Of a DNA stretch of 64,000 nucleotides, positions 42,924 through 52,513 are shown one piece after another; positions within the stretch are counted from its first letter, which is position 1, and every line of letters starts with the position of its first letter. This stretch comes from Burkholderiaceae bacterium (GTDB taxonomy: Bacteria; Pseudomonadota; Gammaproteobacteria; Burkholderiales; Burkholderiaceae_C): assembly GCA_023954035.1 (NCBI GenBank), contig JAMLIT010000005.1, positions 15,830 to 79,829 of the forward strand, written 5' to 3'. Below the pieces are notes generated by a model, which searched no databases, was not told the DNA's origin, and saw only the letters and a program-made list of their open reading frames with translations. The translations under genes and the position numbers were made by a program.

Positions 42924-43499
42924 TTAGTCGGCGCCGCGCACCAGGCGCACGGGCAGCTTGCTGCTTCGGGGCACGTCGCCGCGCGCCTCGGCGCTGTCCA
43001 TGTCCACCCCCCAACCCTCCAGCGCGGCCAGCCGGCTGCCCGAAGTGCGGCCGCTGGCGATGTTGTTGTAGTTGTAGGGATTGACGGAAAGCTGGCGCAC
43101 CGTGGCCGTACCCGACCAGTGCAGGCCGCCCGGAGCTGCCGGGAACAGCTTGGCGTCCACGCCCGGCGGCTGGGCCTGCTTGTCGACCAGCCTGCGCAGC
43201 TCCAGTGTGCGCGGCAAGCGCCATGGCAGCCCTTCGGCTGCGCCGCGCGCCTTGGCCCGGGCGCTGGCTTCGGCGCGGGTCAGCAGCAGCGCCTGGCCGA
43301 CGCAGGTTTTGCCATTCCACTGCATGCCTTCCACACAGCGCGCCCAAATCGTGCGGGCCCGGGCATCGAACACGCCAGTGCCGTCCGCAGTAGGCGCAAG
43401 CGCGGTGTCCCCGGTTGGGGCGGGGGGGTCGGCCGCCTGGGCGACTGGCAAGACCGCAGCGGCGAGCAGCAGCGTCGCAAGGCCCGGAGCGAAAGTCAT
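42924..43499 (-). CDS. Exported DUF1566-like protein
   Basis: Signal peptide (AQA), WARCVEG...[10 protein letters not shown], terminal VRLVR. Confidence 0.7.
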   Translation of the reverse strand: MTFAPGLATLLLAAAVLPVAQAADPPAPTGDTALAPTADGTGVFDARARTIWARCVEGMQWNGKTCVGQALLLTRAEASARAKARGAAEGLPWRLPRTLELRRLVDKQAQPPGVDAKLFPAAPGGLHWSGTATVRQLSVNPYNYNNIASGRTSGSRLAALEGWGVDMDSAEARGDVPRSSKLPVRLVRGAD

Positions 43500-43545
43500 C
43501 GAATGCACCTCCCTGTAACGCGGTGGCGCGGCAGCGCAGCCTTGG

Positions 43546-43905
43546 TCAGCGCGGCGCGTGCTGGGCTTCCCAGCGCGACTTGCAGGCCACGCAATGCTGG
43601 GTTTGGGGTTCGATTTTCAGGCGTTCAAAGGGAATGGCGCAAGCGCACTCGCCGCACTCGCCGTAGCTGCCATCGTCCATGCGCTTGAGGGCGAGGTCGA
43701 TGCGCGCAAGGTCGGCGGCGTCGATGTCAGTCAGGGCCTGATCGACTTCGCGCGCCACGTTGCGCTGCATCACGGCGCCTTCGTCCTGGGTGGGGGGAAC
43801 CAGGTTCTCGCGGTTTTGCTCCATCTGTGCCAGCAGATCCGTGCGGCGGGCCAGCAGCAGGCTGCGAAGTTCATCGAGCTGGGCGGGGGTGAGACTGTGG
43901 CTCAT
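43546..43905 (-). CDS. TraR/DksA C4-type zinc-finger protein
   Basis: ALKRMDDGSYGECGECACAIPFERLKIEPQTQHCVAC; start after AGGAG. Confidence 0.88.
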   Translation of the reverse strand: MSHSLTPAQLDELRSLLLARRTDLLAQMEQNRENLVPPTQDEGAVMQRNVAREVDQALTDIDAADLARIDLALKRMDDGSYGECGECACAIPFERLKIEPQTQHCVACKSRWEAQHAPR

Positions 43906-44036
43906 GTCGTGTTCTCCTGGATAAGACTGCGCCGGGGGCGCGGACCGTTCCAGAATAGCCGTTCTGTGCATTCCCGCCCCCGCTTGCGTCAATCTTGGGT
44001 GCTTTGCCGGGCGCCGTGTGCGCGGCGCAAAGCGCG

Positions 44037-44103
44037 AAATTTTGATAAAAAAACGACCCTTGCGCTCGCCAGACAAAGGGAAGTAGCTATTTTAAATATA
44101 GCA
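44037..44103 (-). repeat. Bipartite palindromic intergenic repeat, copy 3 (degenerate second arm)
   Basis: Minus strand reads GCTATATTTAAAATAGC...GAGCGCAAGGGTCGTTTTTTT. Confidence 0.6.
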
Positions 44104-44119
44104 CTTGAGATGCCGGGCC

Positions 44120-46369
44120 TCAGAATGTCATGGTCAGGCCCGCATGCACGGAGCGTCCTCTGCCGGGAACACGCACGCCCCAGGGGACGGCTGTCGCGCC
44201 CATGGTGGCGCCCTGACCGAGGTAGGCGCCCCCCTGGGGGTGGGCATAGAAGCGATCCAACAGATTGTCCACTCCGAGGTCCAGCCGCCAGTTCTGCCAC
44301 TGGTAGCTGGTGCGCAGGTTCAAAAGGCCATATCCACTGGTGGTCAGCTCGTTGCGTTCGGCGGACACCCGCGTTTTGGCGGCTACCAGCAGCAATTCCG
44401 CGGTGCTGGTCCAGCCGCCGCGTCGCTGCGTCAAAGCCAGGCGCGCGTTGAGCGGCATGGTGTTGTACAGGCCGTCGCCGGAGTCCTGGTTGCGCCCTCG
44501 GGTCTGGCTGAGTGCGCCGTCCAGCCGCAGGGCACCGAGCCAATCGTTCTTGCCCAGGTCCATGAAGCCCGAGATGTCAAAGCCCCAGAGCCGAGCGTCG
44601 GCGTTGGCAAAGCGCAGGTAGACGAATTTCTGCTGCGCCGCGACGTTGGCGGCGTTGCAGGCGCTCATCATGCCGCTGCCCCCGCTGCAGCGCTTGGCGT
44701 CGATGTAGTTGTGCACCTGGCTGATCCAGGGCGTCAGGCGCAGGCCCCAGCGCTGGCCGGATGCGTCGTGCCAGTCGGCCGTGGCGCTCAGCGTGTGAGC
44801 GGTTTCGGGCAGCAGATCGAGGTTGCCGACGTAGCCGTTGCCGTCGCCCGCCAGGTTGACCATGCGCATGGCCATCCCGCCCGTGGACCAGGCGAAGCGC
44901 TCGTACAGGTTGGGGGAGCGGGTCTTGCGGGAAAAGCCGAACTCGTAGCTGCTGCTCTCATTGGGCGTGTAGCGGGCCAGGGCGCTGAGGTCGAGGTTGT
45001 GGTCGCTGCGGCTGCGGTCTTTGGCGTTGAACGCGGCCGCCTCGGCGCCGTAGCTGGCGTTGTAGCCCTGCACCTCGCCGCTGTTGCTGCGCACCTGGCT
45101 GCTGCGCAGGCCGATCTGGCCGACCCAGGCGGGGCTCCAGCGTGTTTCCCATTCACCGTAGACGTCGAAGCGGTCGCGCCGGCCATCGGCGATGTTGCGG
45201 AAGATGTCGGGCGCCATGCCGCCGCCGGATGGCATCCACCAGTCGTCCAACCGGTAGCGCAGGGCCTCGGCGCCTGCGCGCAGCGTGCTCTGATCCGACA
45301 GGGCGATGTCGCCCGAGAGCTTGGCTCCGCTGGTGCTGCCGCGCGTGTCCATGGGCATGCCGGTGGCCTTGCCGCCTCCGTACAGGTACTGTTTGTCAGG
45401 GCCAAAATCCATGGCGTGGCGCGTTTGCTCATGCCAGGCGCGTGCCTGCAAGTCGCCCCAGGCAAAGCTGCGCTGGTAGCGCAGGTTCAGGTGGGTGCTG
45501 TCGTTGCGCGTCATGTCCATGCGCTGGTTGGGGAAGTTCTGGTAGGGCACATCCTGCATGCCGACTTCAAGGCCCAGCAGGCTGTCGTCGCCACGAAAGG
45601 CCAGCGAGAGCGACTGGTTGCGTGCCCGGTAGCTGCTGGAGCCCACTTCGTCGCCGGCCAGGATGCGATCGGGCTTGTCGGCGCCGGCCGGGCCGGCGGC
45701 TTTGAAGGCGCGCGCGGCGTGGAAATTGCCGGACTGCGCGGTGGAACCGTCGTAGCGCAGGCTGAATTGATCGGTGGCATAGGTGGCGCTGGCGTGGCCG
45801 CCCAGGCCCTTGCCGTTGCTGCGCGCCCAGGCGCCGACTTCTCCTCGGGTGATGGGGCCCTGGCCTGGCGCAGCAAATACCAGCGGCGCCGTCTCCACCA
45901 GGATGCTGGCGCCAATGCTGTCGCCGCCCACGCTCACCGGCGCGGTGCCGGTGAACACGCGCACCGCAGACACCCGCGAAGGATCGACATACGACAGCGG
46001 CGGGTTCATGTGGTTGCCGCAGGAGGACACGAGGTCCATGCCATCGAGCTGAATGCGCAGGCGGTCGTCCGTCATGCCGTGGACGCTGGGCAGGCTGGAG
46101 ACGCCGCCCGCGCCTTGCAGGCTGAAACCGGGAATGCCGTCCAGCAGACCGGCAGCATCGGCACTGGTCGCGCGGCGTTCGGCCAGCCATTGCGGCCCAG
46201 GTTGCAAAGGGCGAGAAGCGGTTGCGGGCGCATGCACGCTGACCGTGGGCAGCGTGGGCAGCGTGGGAAGCGTTTCAAGTGCTGCTTCCTGCGCCTGGGC
46301 CGAGAGCGCAAGGGCAGCGAGCACGGAGCACAGCGGCGCAGCGCTGCGCCGGACAGATCGTCGGGTCAT
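44120..46369 (-). CDS. TonB-dependent receptor, OprC-like putative copper receptor
   Basis: Signal peptide, plug domain with CGNHM (CxxxM), barrel HAM (HxM), Met-rich loops, NLLD, terminal Phe. Confidence 0.85.
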   Translation of the reverse strand: MTRRSVRRSAAPLCSVLAALALSAQAQEAALETLPTLPTLPTVSVHAPATASRPLQPGPQWLAERRATSADAAGLLDGIPGFSLQGAGGVSSLPSVHGMTDDRLRIQLDGMDLVSSCGNHMNPPLSYVDPSRVSAVRVFTGTAPVSVGGDSIGASILVETAPLVFAAPGQGPITRGEVGAWARSNGKGLGGHASATYATDQFSLRYDGSTAQSGNFHAARAFKAAGPAGADKPDRILAGDEVGSSSYRARNQSLSLAFRGDDSLLGLEVGMQDVPYQNFPNQRMDMTRNDSTHLNLRYQRSFAWGDLQARAWHEQTRHAMDFGPDKQYLYGGGKATGMPMDTRGSTSGAKLSGDIALSDQSTLRAGAEALRYRLDDWWMPSGGGMAPDIFRNIADGRRDRFDVYGEWETRWSPAWVGQIGLRSSQVRSNSGEVQGYNASYGAEAAAFNAKDRSRSDHNLDLSALARYTPNESSSYEFGFSRKTRSPNLYERFAWSTGGMAMRMVNLAGDGNGYVGNLDLLPETAHTLSATADWHDASGQRWGLRLTPWISQVHNYIDAKRCSGGSGMMSACNAANVAAQQKFVYLRFANADARLWGFDISGFMDLGKNDWLGALRLDGALSQTRGRNQDSGDGLYNTMPLNARLALTQRRGGWTSTAELLLVAAKTRVSAERNELTTSGYGLLNLRTSYQWQNWRLDLGVDNLLDRFYAHPQGGAYLGQGATMGATAVPWGVRVPGRGRSVHAGLTMTF

Positions 46370-46381
46370 GAGACAACTTTC

Positions 46382-46408
46382 AAAAAAAGGAGAGCACGCA
46401 CGCTGCTC
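46382..46408 (-). terminator. Possible attenuator hairpin plus U-tract upstream of the receptor gene
   Basis: Minus strand GAGCA-GCGTGCG-TGCTC-TCC-TTTTTTT; short stem. Confidence 0.3.
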
Positions 46409-46484
46409 GGCCGGGTGCAGGCGCGAAGTCAGGCGCGTCGACTGGCGGGCGCGCTTGCGCCCGCAACGGGTGGGAGCTGAAATC

Positions 46485-46880
46485 TCAGGCAGCCAGCGGT
46501 GGCGCTTGTGCCGGCGGCCTGACCCCGCGCCCACGCGCCATGGGCGTCGCCGCGCGGTGCCAGCCAGGGGCACTGGCGGGTGGCCGGAGTGCTGTTTCGG
46601 CCATGCGGAAGGCGGGGCTGGGCACCGTGCCGGCGTGCGCCAGAGCGCACACGGGGCAGCCCGACATGGCCATCCCGCCCATGGGGGCGGTCGTTTCCAC
46701 CGAGCCCGCCTGTTTCGGGTTCTGCGCGCTGCACACCTCGCCCCATTGGAGCCAGGCGCCCGCCTGCTGCGCCAGATGCCGGTGGCTCAGCTGCCCCATC
46801 CACAGCTGCGCCAGCACGGCCAGCAAGGCGAGCAGGCTGGCGGCGCGGGCAGGGCGCAGAAAAGAACGGGGCGCGGTCAC
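46485..46880 (-). CDS. DUF2946-like leader protein (CxxC plus C-terminal QAPP)
   Basis: Hydrophobic N-terminal segment, EVCS, GCPVC, terminal RPPAQAPPLAA; directly upstream of the TonB-dependent receptor. GTG start inferred. Confidence 0.75.
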   Translation of the reverse strand: MTAPRSFLRPARAASLLALLAVLAQLWMGQLSHRHLAQQAGAWLQWGEVCSAQNPKQAGSVETTAPMGGMAMSGCPVCALAHAGTVPSPAFRMAETALRPPASAPGWHRAATPMARGRGVRPPAQAPPLAA

Positions 46881-47033
46881 GGGGCGGTATTGTGCTTGCA
46901 AGCGGCGCCGCTCGGCGGCTCGGCAAGGGCTGTCGTCGCCACGCTTGCGCTGCATCAAGTGATCCGCTGGGCCAGGCTGGGGTATTCTGCGTCGGGCCGA
47001 CCCTTTGGCACTGCTTTTGTCAACGCCCTTCCC

Positions 47034-47735
47034 GTGCCACTCGACCTCTCCCGTATTCGCGCCGTCTCCCTGGACCTGGACGACACCCTCTGGCCGGTGT
47101 GGCCCACCATTGCCCGTGCCGAAACCGCTTTGCAGAATTGGCTGGCCAGCAACGCGCCAGCCACGCACGCCCTGTATGCCCGGGCGCAGGTGCGCCAGGC
47201 CCTGCGCGCCCAGGCGGCGCAGAACCTGGGCCAGGCGCACGACATGAGCGCGCTGCGCCAGGAGTCCATCCGTCTGGCCCTGGTGCAGGCAGGTGAGGAT
47301 GCGCAACTGGCCGGCGCCGCGTTCGAAGTGTTTCTGGCCGAGCGCCAGCGCGTGGAGCTGTTCGACGACGCGCTGCCCGCGTTGAACTACCTCAGCCGGC
47401 GCTATCCGCTGGTGGCCCTGTCCAACGGCAACGCCGACGTGTCGCGCATCGGGCTGCAGCGCTTCTTCACGGCCAGCGTCGGCGCACGCGAGGTCGGCTG
47501 CGCCAAACCCGACGTACGCATGTTCCAGCATGCCGCGCAGCGCCTGGGCGTGCCGGCGGATCAGGTGCTGCATGTGGGCGATGACCCGCACCACGACGGC
47601 GTGGGCGCCCTAGGCGCCGGCATGCAGATGGCGTGGCTCAACCGGTCCGCCAAGCCCTGGAACCACGCGCCCTGGGCGCCGCACCTGACCGTCGCCGGGC
47701 TCGACGCCTTGTGCTTGCATCTCGCGCAAGCGTGA
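47034..47735 (+). CDS. HAD-superfamily hydrolase (YigB-like)
   Basis: DLDDTLW, SNGN, KPD, HVGDD...D, GMQMAWLNR. Confidence 0.88.
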   Translation: MPLDLSRIRAVSLDLDDTLWPVWPTIARAETALQNWLASNAPATHALYARAQVRQALRAQAAQNLGQAHDMSALRQESIRLALVQAGEDAQLAGAAFEVFLAERQRVELFDDALPALNYLSRRYPLVALSNGNADVSRIGLQRFFTASVGAREVGCAKPDVRMFQHAAQRLGVPADQVLHVGDDPHHDGVGALGAGMQMAWLNRSAKPWNHAPWAPHLTVAGLDALCLHLAQA

Positions 47736-47770
47736 GGAGCCCATGCCCCATGCCCCATGGCGCAGGCGTT

Positions 47771-47835
47771 TGCTATGTAAATGAGAGCTTATAGCGCTTT
47801 CTGTATGAGCGCTAGCGCGGTATTTTGGTCAGAAT
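47771..47835 (+). repeat. Bipartite palindromic intergenic repeat, copy 4
   Basis: TGCTATGTAAATGAGAGC-TTA-TAGCGCTT-N7-GAGCGCTA...TATTTT; lies between convergent genes. Confidence 0.75.
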
Positions 47836-47857
47836 CTGGCCAGGCGGTTGCCCAGTA

Positions 47858-48301
47858 TCAGCGCAGCACCAGCACCGGAATGTGCGAATGCGTCAGCACA
47901 TGCTGGGTCTCGCTGCCCAGCAGCAGGCGTTTGAGGCCCTTGCGGCCGTGCGAGGCCATGACGATCAGATCGCATTTGTGCTTCTTTGCCGCGGCGATTA
48001 CCGCCTCGGCCACCAGGTCGGACTTGGCCACCAGCGCTTTGACGGTCACGCCCTGGGCGCCGCCTTCATCCCGGACGGCGTCCACGAGGCCTTGCGCAGA
48101 TGCCGTCCATTGCGCCTCGATCTTTCGGACGTCCTTGGCATCGACCGGGAGCGCCCCCTCCATGTAGCTGCGCGGGTAGCGCGGAACCACCTTCAGTGCG
48201 ACGAGCTCCGCGCCAGTGAGCGCCGCAAGCGAGATGGCGCTTTGAACGGCCTTGTTGGAAAGATCGGAACCATCGGTGGCAACGAGAATGCGCTTGTACA
48301 T
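47858..48301 (-). CDS. Universal stress protein
   Basis: MYKRILVATDGS, DLIVMASHGRKG...LLGSET..VL..S.IPVLV. Confidence 0.93.
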   Translation of the reverse strand: MYKRILVATDGSDLSNKAVQSAISLAALTGAELVALKVVPRYPRSYMEGALPVDAKDVRKIEAQWTASAQGLVDAVRDEGGAQGVTVKALVAKSDLVAEAVIAAAKKHKCDLIVMASHGRKGLKRLLLGSETQHVLTHSHIPVLVLR

Positions 48302-48364
48302 GGTGGGCCTTTGCGGGTCATGGGAGGGAAGGCCACAGCGTAGGGGCGCAGGCCCCCGGCCCCA

Positions 48365-48378
48365 TTGACGGATGTCAA
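48365..48378. promoter_or_regulatory. FNR-type operator between usp and ccoI
   Basis: TTGAC-GGAT-GTCAA, matching the FNR consensus TTGAT-N4-ATCAA; lies in the divergent intergenic region. Confidence 0.75.
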
Positions 48379-48411
48379 TTCCCTGCAAGCGGCGTGGGTT
48401 AAGCTTGCGCC

Positions 48412-50835
48412 ATGTCAACAAATGTTCTCCCGCCTGCAGCCGGCGGGTCGACGCCGCAGCCTGCGAACGCTGCGGCGGTGCAGGGAGCCCCTGGCGAGCG
48501 CTTGCTGGACGACCCGGCCGAGTGGCCGGGCTTTGGCCGCAGGCTCGGCGACCAGACGCCGGGCGAGCGCTGGGAATCGCATCTCGTCATTGAAGGCATG
48601 CACTGCGCTGCCTGCGCTCTGACGATTGAAGATGCGCTGCGCGCCGTGCCCGGCGTCGAGCAGGCGGACGTCAGCGCTGCGAGCCAGCGCGCCCGGGTGG
48701 TTTGGAACGCGGAGCTCGCACCGCCTTCCACCTGGTTTGCCGCGGTCCGCCGCGCGGGCTACCACGCGCTCCCTGCGGCGGATGCCCAGGCGCGCCAGCG
48801 GCGCGTGGAAGAAAACCGACGCGCGCTGTGGCGCTGGCTGGTCGCGGGTTTCTGCATGATGCAGGTCATGATGTATGCATGGCCCGCCTACATTGCGCAG
48901 CCCGGGGATCTGAGCGGCGAGATGGAAAGCTTGCTGCGCTGGGCTTCGTGGGTCATTTCCTTGCCTGTCCTGCTGTTTGCCTGCGGACCGTTCTTTTCCA
49001 GCGCGTGGAGCGACGTCCGCCACCGCCGCATCAGCATGGATCTGCCCGTGGCGCTGGGCATGGCGATCACCTTTGTCGTCAGCAGCCTGGGCACCTTTGA
49101 TCCCGAAGGGATTTTTGGTCGCGAGGTGTATTTCGATTCGCTGACCATGTTCGTCTTCTTTCTGTTGACTGGCCGCTGGCTGGAGCTGCGTCTGCGCGAC
49201 CGCACGGCCGGGTCCTTGGACGCCCTGATGAACCGTCTGCCCGAGAGCGTCGAGCGACGCGGGGCAGACGGTGGTTTTGTCCGCGTCGGCGTGCGGCGCC
49301 TCGCAGCGGGGGATATTTTGCGGGTCTTGCCGGGCGAGGCGTTTCCCGCCGATGGCGAACTGACGGCGGGGAGCACGCGGGTGGACGAGGCCCTGCTCAG
49401 CGGGGAGTCCACGCCGTGCTGGCGCACGGTGGGCGGCGCGGTGGCTGCAGGCAGCATCAACCTCGAATCGGCGGTGGAGATGCGCGTCGAGCGGGTTGGC
49501 GCGGACACCCGTTTCGCAGAAATCATTGCGCTGATGGAAGGTGCGGCGCTGCAAAAGCCGCGATTGGCCCAACTGGCAGACCGCGTGGCGCGCCCGTTCC
49601 TGGTCTTCGTGTTGCTGGCGGCGCTCGCGGCACTTTTGTGGTGGTGGCCCAGGGATCCACAGCATGCCCTGATGGTCGCAGTCTCGGTTCTGATCGTGAC
49701 CTGCCCCTGCGCACTGTCCCTGGCGACCCCGGTCGCCATGCTTTCGGCGGCCGGTAGCCTGGCGCGCGAAGGCGTGCTGGTGCGACATTTGCAGGCGCTG
49801 GAGTCGCTGGCCGGTGTCGATACCGTGGTCTTCGACAAGACGGGAACCTTGACGCACGACGGCATGGTCCTGCGCCGCACCCTGGCGGCCGGCGAGATGC
49901 CGGAGAGCGAGGCGCTGCATCTGGCGGCAGCGCTGGCGAGGTATTCATTGCATCCGCTTTCGCGCGCCCTGGTTGCCGCCGCAGCATCCGGCGGGTCCTC
50001 CGACTGGGAAGTTTCCGAACTGCAGGAATCGCCCGGACGCGGCTTGACGGCGCGCGTGCGCAGGCGTGCAAGCGCAGACGTGCCGCGCAACGTGCTGCTG
50101 GGCTCGGCCGTGCATGTGGGCCTGCCGGCACAGCCCGGCGGCGACGGCGGCGGCGGCGACAGCGTCGAAGTGTGCCTGGCATGGGCTGCGGAAACCGAGT
50201 CAGCGCGGCGCGTGATCGCGCGTTTTGGCTTCGAAGACACGCTGCGTGAGGAACTGCCTGCGGCCCTGCGGGCGTTGGAGCAGGCGGGCATCGGCGTGCA
50301 GGTGCTTTCCGGAGATCGTGCGGCCTCGGTCGCCCGGGTAGCCGAGCGCGCCGGCATCGGCGCCTGGCGCGGCGATTGCACACCCGGAGACAAGCTTGCC
50401 AGCGTTTTGGCGCTGCAGGCACGCGGACACCGCGTGGCCATGGTCGGCGACGGCCTCAATGATGGCCCGGTACTGGCTGCGGCCGATGCGTCTTTTGCCT
50501 TCGGCAGTGCGCTGCCGCTGGCACGCATGCGCTCGGATTTCGTCGTCCTGGGCGGCCAGCTCGCCCTGATTGCCCAGAGCATTCTGCTGGCGCGCAAGAC
50601 GCTGCGCGTGGTCCGGCAGAATCTCTGGTGGGCAGCGCTCTACAACGCCCTGTGCGTGCCGCTGGCGATTGCAGGCCTGATGCCTGCCTGGCTGGCGGGC
50701 TTGGGCATGGCTGCGAGCTCTTTGCTGGTGGTGCTCAACGCGGCCCGCCTGGCCCGGGGACTGCCGTCCTTGGCTGCGCCAACCGAGGGCGGTGTTCACT
50801 ACGGCGCCCGCTCGCGCGTGCCCACGCCCGCCTGA
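48412..50835 (+). CDS. ccoI: Cu-transporting P1B ATPase CcoI/FixI
   Basis: GMHCAAC HMA domain, SGES, CPCALSLATP, DKTGT, GDGLND, YN; heads the cbb3 cluster. Confidence 0.9.
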   Translation: MSTNVLPPAAGGSTPQPANAAAVQGAPGERLLDDPAEWPGFGRRLGDQTPGERWESHLVIEGMHCAACALTIEDALRAVPGVEQADVSAASQRARVVWNAELAPPSTWFAAVRRAGYHALPAADAQARQRRVEENRRALWRWLVAGFCMMQVMMYAWPAYIAQPGDLSGEMESLLRWASWVISLPVLLFACGPFFSSAWSDVRHRRISMDLPVALGMAITFVVSSLGTFDPEGIFGREVYFDSLTMFVFFLLTGRWLELRLRDRTAGSLDALMNRLPESVERRGADGGFVRVGVRRLAAGDILRVLPGEAFPADGELTAGSTRVDEALLSGESTPCWRTVGGAVAAGSINLESAVEMRVERVGADTRFAEIIALMEGAALQKPRLAQLADRVARPFLVFVLLAALAALLWWWPRDPQHALMVAVSVLIVTCPCALSLATPVAMLSAAGSLAREGVLVRHLQALESLAGVDTVVFDKTGTLTHDGMVLRRTLAAGEMPESEALHLAAALARYSLHPLSRALVAAAASGGSSDWEVSELQESPGRGLTARVRRRASADVPRNVLLGSAVHVGLPAQPGGDGGGGDSVEVCLAWAAETESARRVIARFGFEDTLREELPAALRALEQAGIGVQVLSGDRAASVARVAERAGIGAWRGDCTPGDKLASVLALQARGHRVAMVGDGLNDGPVLAAADASFAFGSALPLARMRSDFVVLGGQLALIAQSILLARKTLRVVRQNLWWAALYNALCVPLAIAGLMPAWLAGLGMAASSLLVVLNAARLARGLPSLAAPTEGGVHYGARSRVPTPA

Positions 50836-50856
50836 CATTTACAACAAGGCCGCTCC

Positions 50857-50994
50857 ATGGACATCCTGTATCTCCTTATTCCGCTCTCCGTGGGCCTGGT
50901 GTTGCTGGTTCTGCTCGGCCTGTGGTGGGCGGTATACCGGGGCCAATTCGAGAATGTGGAACAGGAAGCCGAGCGCATTCTTCGAGACACTTGA
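50857..50994 (+). CDS. ccoS: cbb3 oxidase assembly protein CcoS/FixS (45 aa)
   Basis: Not in the ORF track. MDILYLLIPLSVGLVLLVLLGLWWAVYRGQFENVEQEAERILRDT, with the CcoS signature WA..GQF. Confidence 0.9.
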   Translation: MDILYLLIPLSVGLVLLVLLGLWWAVYRGQFENVEQEAERILRDT

Positions 50995-51004
50995 CTTCAG
51001 TCAA
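50991..51004. promoter_or_regulatory. FNR-type operator upstream of ccoN
   Basis: TTGAC-TTCA-GTCAA, 50 bp before the ccoN ATG and overlapping the ccoS stop. Confidence 0.75.
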
Positions 51005-51054
51005 AAACACTACTAACGGCCGGGTTAATATTCGCAGACTTCCTGAGGTAATCG

Positions 51055-52497
51055 ATGACTTCTTCAACACAAGCAAATGCCGCACATTACAACGACACCG
51101 TCGTGCGGCAGTTTTCCATCATGGCCGTGGTGTGGGGCGTGGTCGGCATGCTGGTGGGCGTATTCATCGCCTCCCAGCTGGCCTGGCCCGAACTGAACTT
51201 TGGCATTCCCTGGCTCAGCTATGGGCGACTGCGGCCACTGCATACGAACGCGGTCATTTTTGCCTTTGGCGGCAGCGCGTTGATCGGAACCAGCTACTAC
51301 GTCGTGCAGCGCACCTGCCAGGTCCGGCTGTTCGGCGGTTCGCTCGCTGCCTTCACGTTCTGGGGTTGGCAGCTGGTGATTCTTGCGGCAGCCATCACCC
51401 TGCCGCTGGGCTACAACACCAGCAAGGAATACGCCGAACTCGAGTGGCCCATCGACATCCTGATCACGCTGGTCTGGGTGGCGTATGCCATCGTCTTTTT
51501 CGGCACCATCGGCATTCGCAAGGTGCGCCACATCTACGTGGCCAACTGGTTCTATGGCTCCTTCATTCTGGCTGTGGCTGTGCTGCACCTTGTCAACAGC
51601 GCGGAAGTGCCCGCTGGCTTCATGAAGAGCTATTCTGCCTATGCGGGCGTGCAGGACGCGATGGTGCAGTGGTGGTACGGCCACAACGCCGTGGGTTTCT
51701 TCCTCACCGCCGGGTTTCTGGGAATGATGTATTACTTCATTCCTAAGCAGGCCAATCGCCCGGTCTATAGCTACCGTCTGTCGATCGTGCATTTCTGGGC
51801 ATTGATCTTCACCTACATGTGGGCGGGGCCCCACCATCTGCACTACACGGCACTGCCCGACTGGACGCAGTCGGTGGGCATGGTGTTTTCGCTGATTCTT
51901 CTGGCGCCCAGCTGGGGCGGAATGATCAACGGCATCATGACGCTCTCAGGTGCCTGGCACAAGCTGCGGGACGACCCCATTCTGCGTTTCCTGATCGTGT
52001 CCTTGTCTTTTTACGGCATGTCGACCTTCGAAGGGCCGATGATGTCCATCAAGACCGTCAATGCACTGTCGCACTACACCGATTGGACGGTAGGCCACGT
52101 TCACTCGGGCGCGCTGGGCTGGGTCGGTCTGATCACCATGGGCTCGCTGTACTACCTGATTCCACGCCTGTTCGGCCGCGAAAAAATGCATTCCATCAAG
52201 GCGATCGAACTGCATTTCTGGCTGGCGACGATTGGCATCGTGCTCTACATCGCCTCCATGTGGATCGCGGGCGTCATGCAGGGCCTGATGTGGCGCGCGG
52301 TGAATACCGACGGTACGCTGACCTACACCTTCGTTGAAAGCGTCAAAGCCTCGTATCCCTTCTACGTCATCCGCGTGCTCGGCGGTGTGCTCTATCTCGG
52401 AGGCATGCTCATCATGGCCTGGAACGTCTGGGTGACCGCCAGCTCGGGACGCTCAACCACAGTGGCCATCCCTGCAGTGAAGCCCGCCCACGCCTGA
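51055..52497 (+). CDS. ccoN: cbb3-type cytochrome c oxidase subunit I
   Basis: [46 protein letters not shown]. Confidence 0.98.
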   Translation: MTSSTQANAAHYNDTVVRQFSIMAVVWGVVGMLVGVFIASQLAWPELNFGIPWLSYGRLRPLHTNAVIFAFGGSALIGTSYYVVQRTCQVRLFGGSLAAFTFWGWQLVILAAAITLPLGYNTSKEYAELEWPIDILITLVWVAYAIVFFGTIGIRKVRHIYVANWFYGSFILAVAVLHLVNSAEVPAGFMKSYSAYAGVQDAMVQWWYGHNAVGFFLTAGFLGMMYYFIPKQANRPVYSYRLSIVHFWALIFTYMWAGPHHLHYTALPDWTQSVGMVFSLILLAPSWGGMINGIMTLSGAWHKLRDDPILRFLIVSLSFYGMSTFEGPMMSIKTVNALSHYTDWTVGHVHSGALGWVGLITMGSLYYLIPRLFGREKMHSIKAIELHFWLATIGIVLYIASMWIAGVMQGLMWRAVNTDGTLTYTFVESVKASYPFYVIRVLGGVLYLGGMLIMAWNVWVTASSGRSTTVAIPAVKPAHA

Positions 52498-52513
52498 GTT
52501 TTTAGGAAATTCC

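Noticed and set aside
47740-47760. Near-triple 7-bp repeat CCCATGC
   Set aside because: Too short, in a convergent intergenic region, with no evident function.
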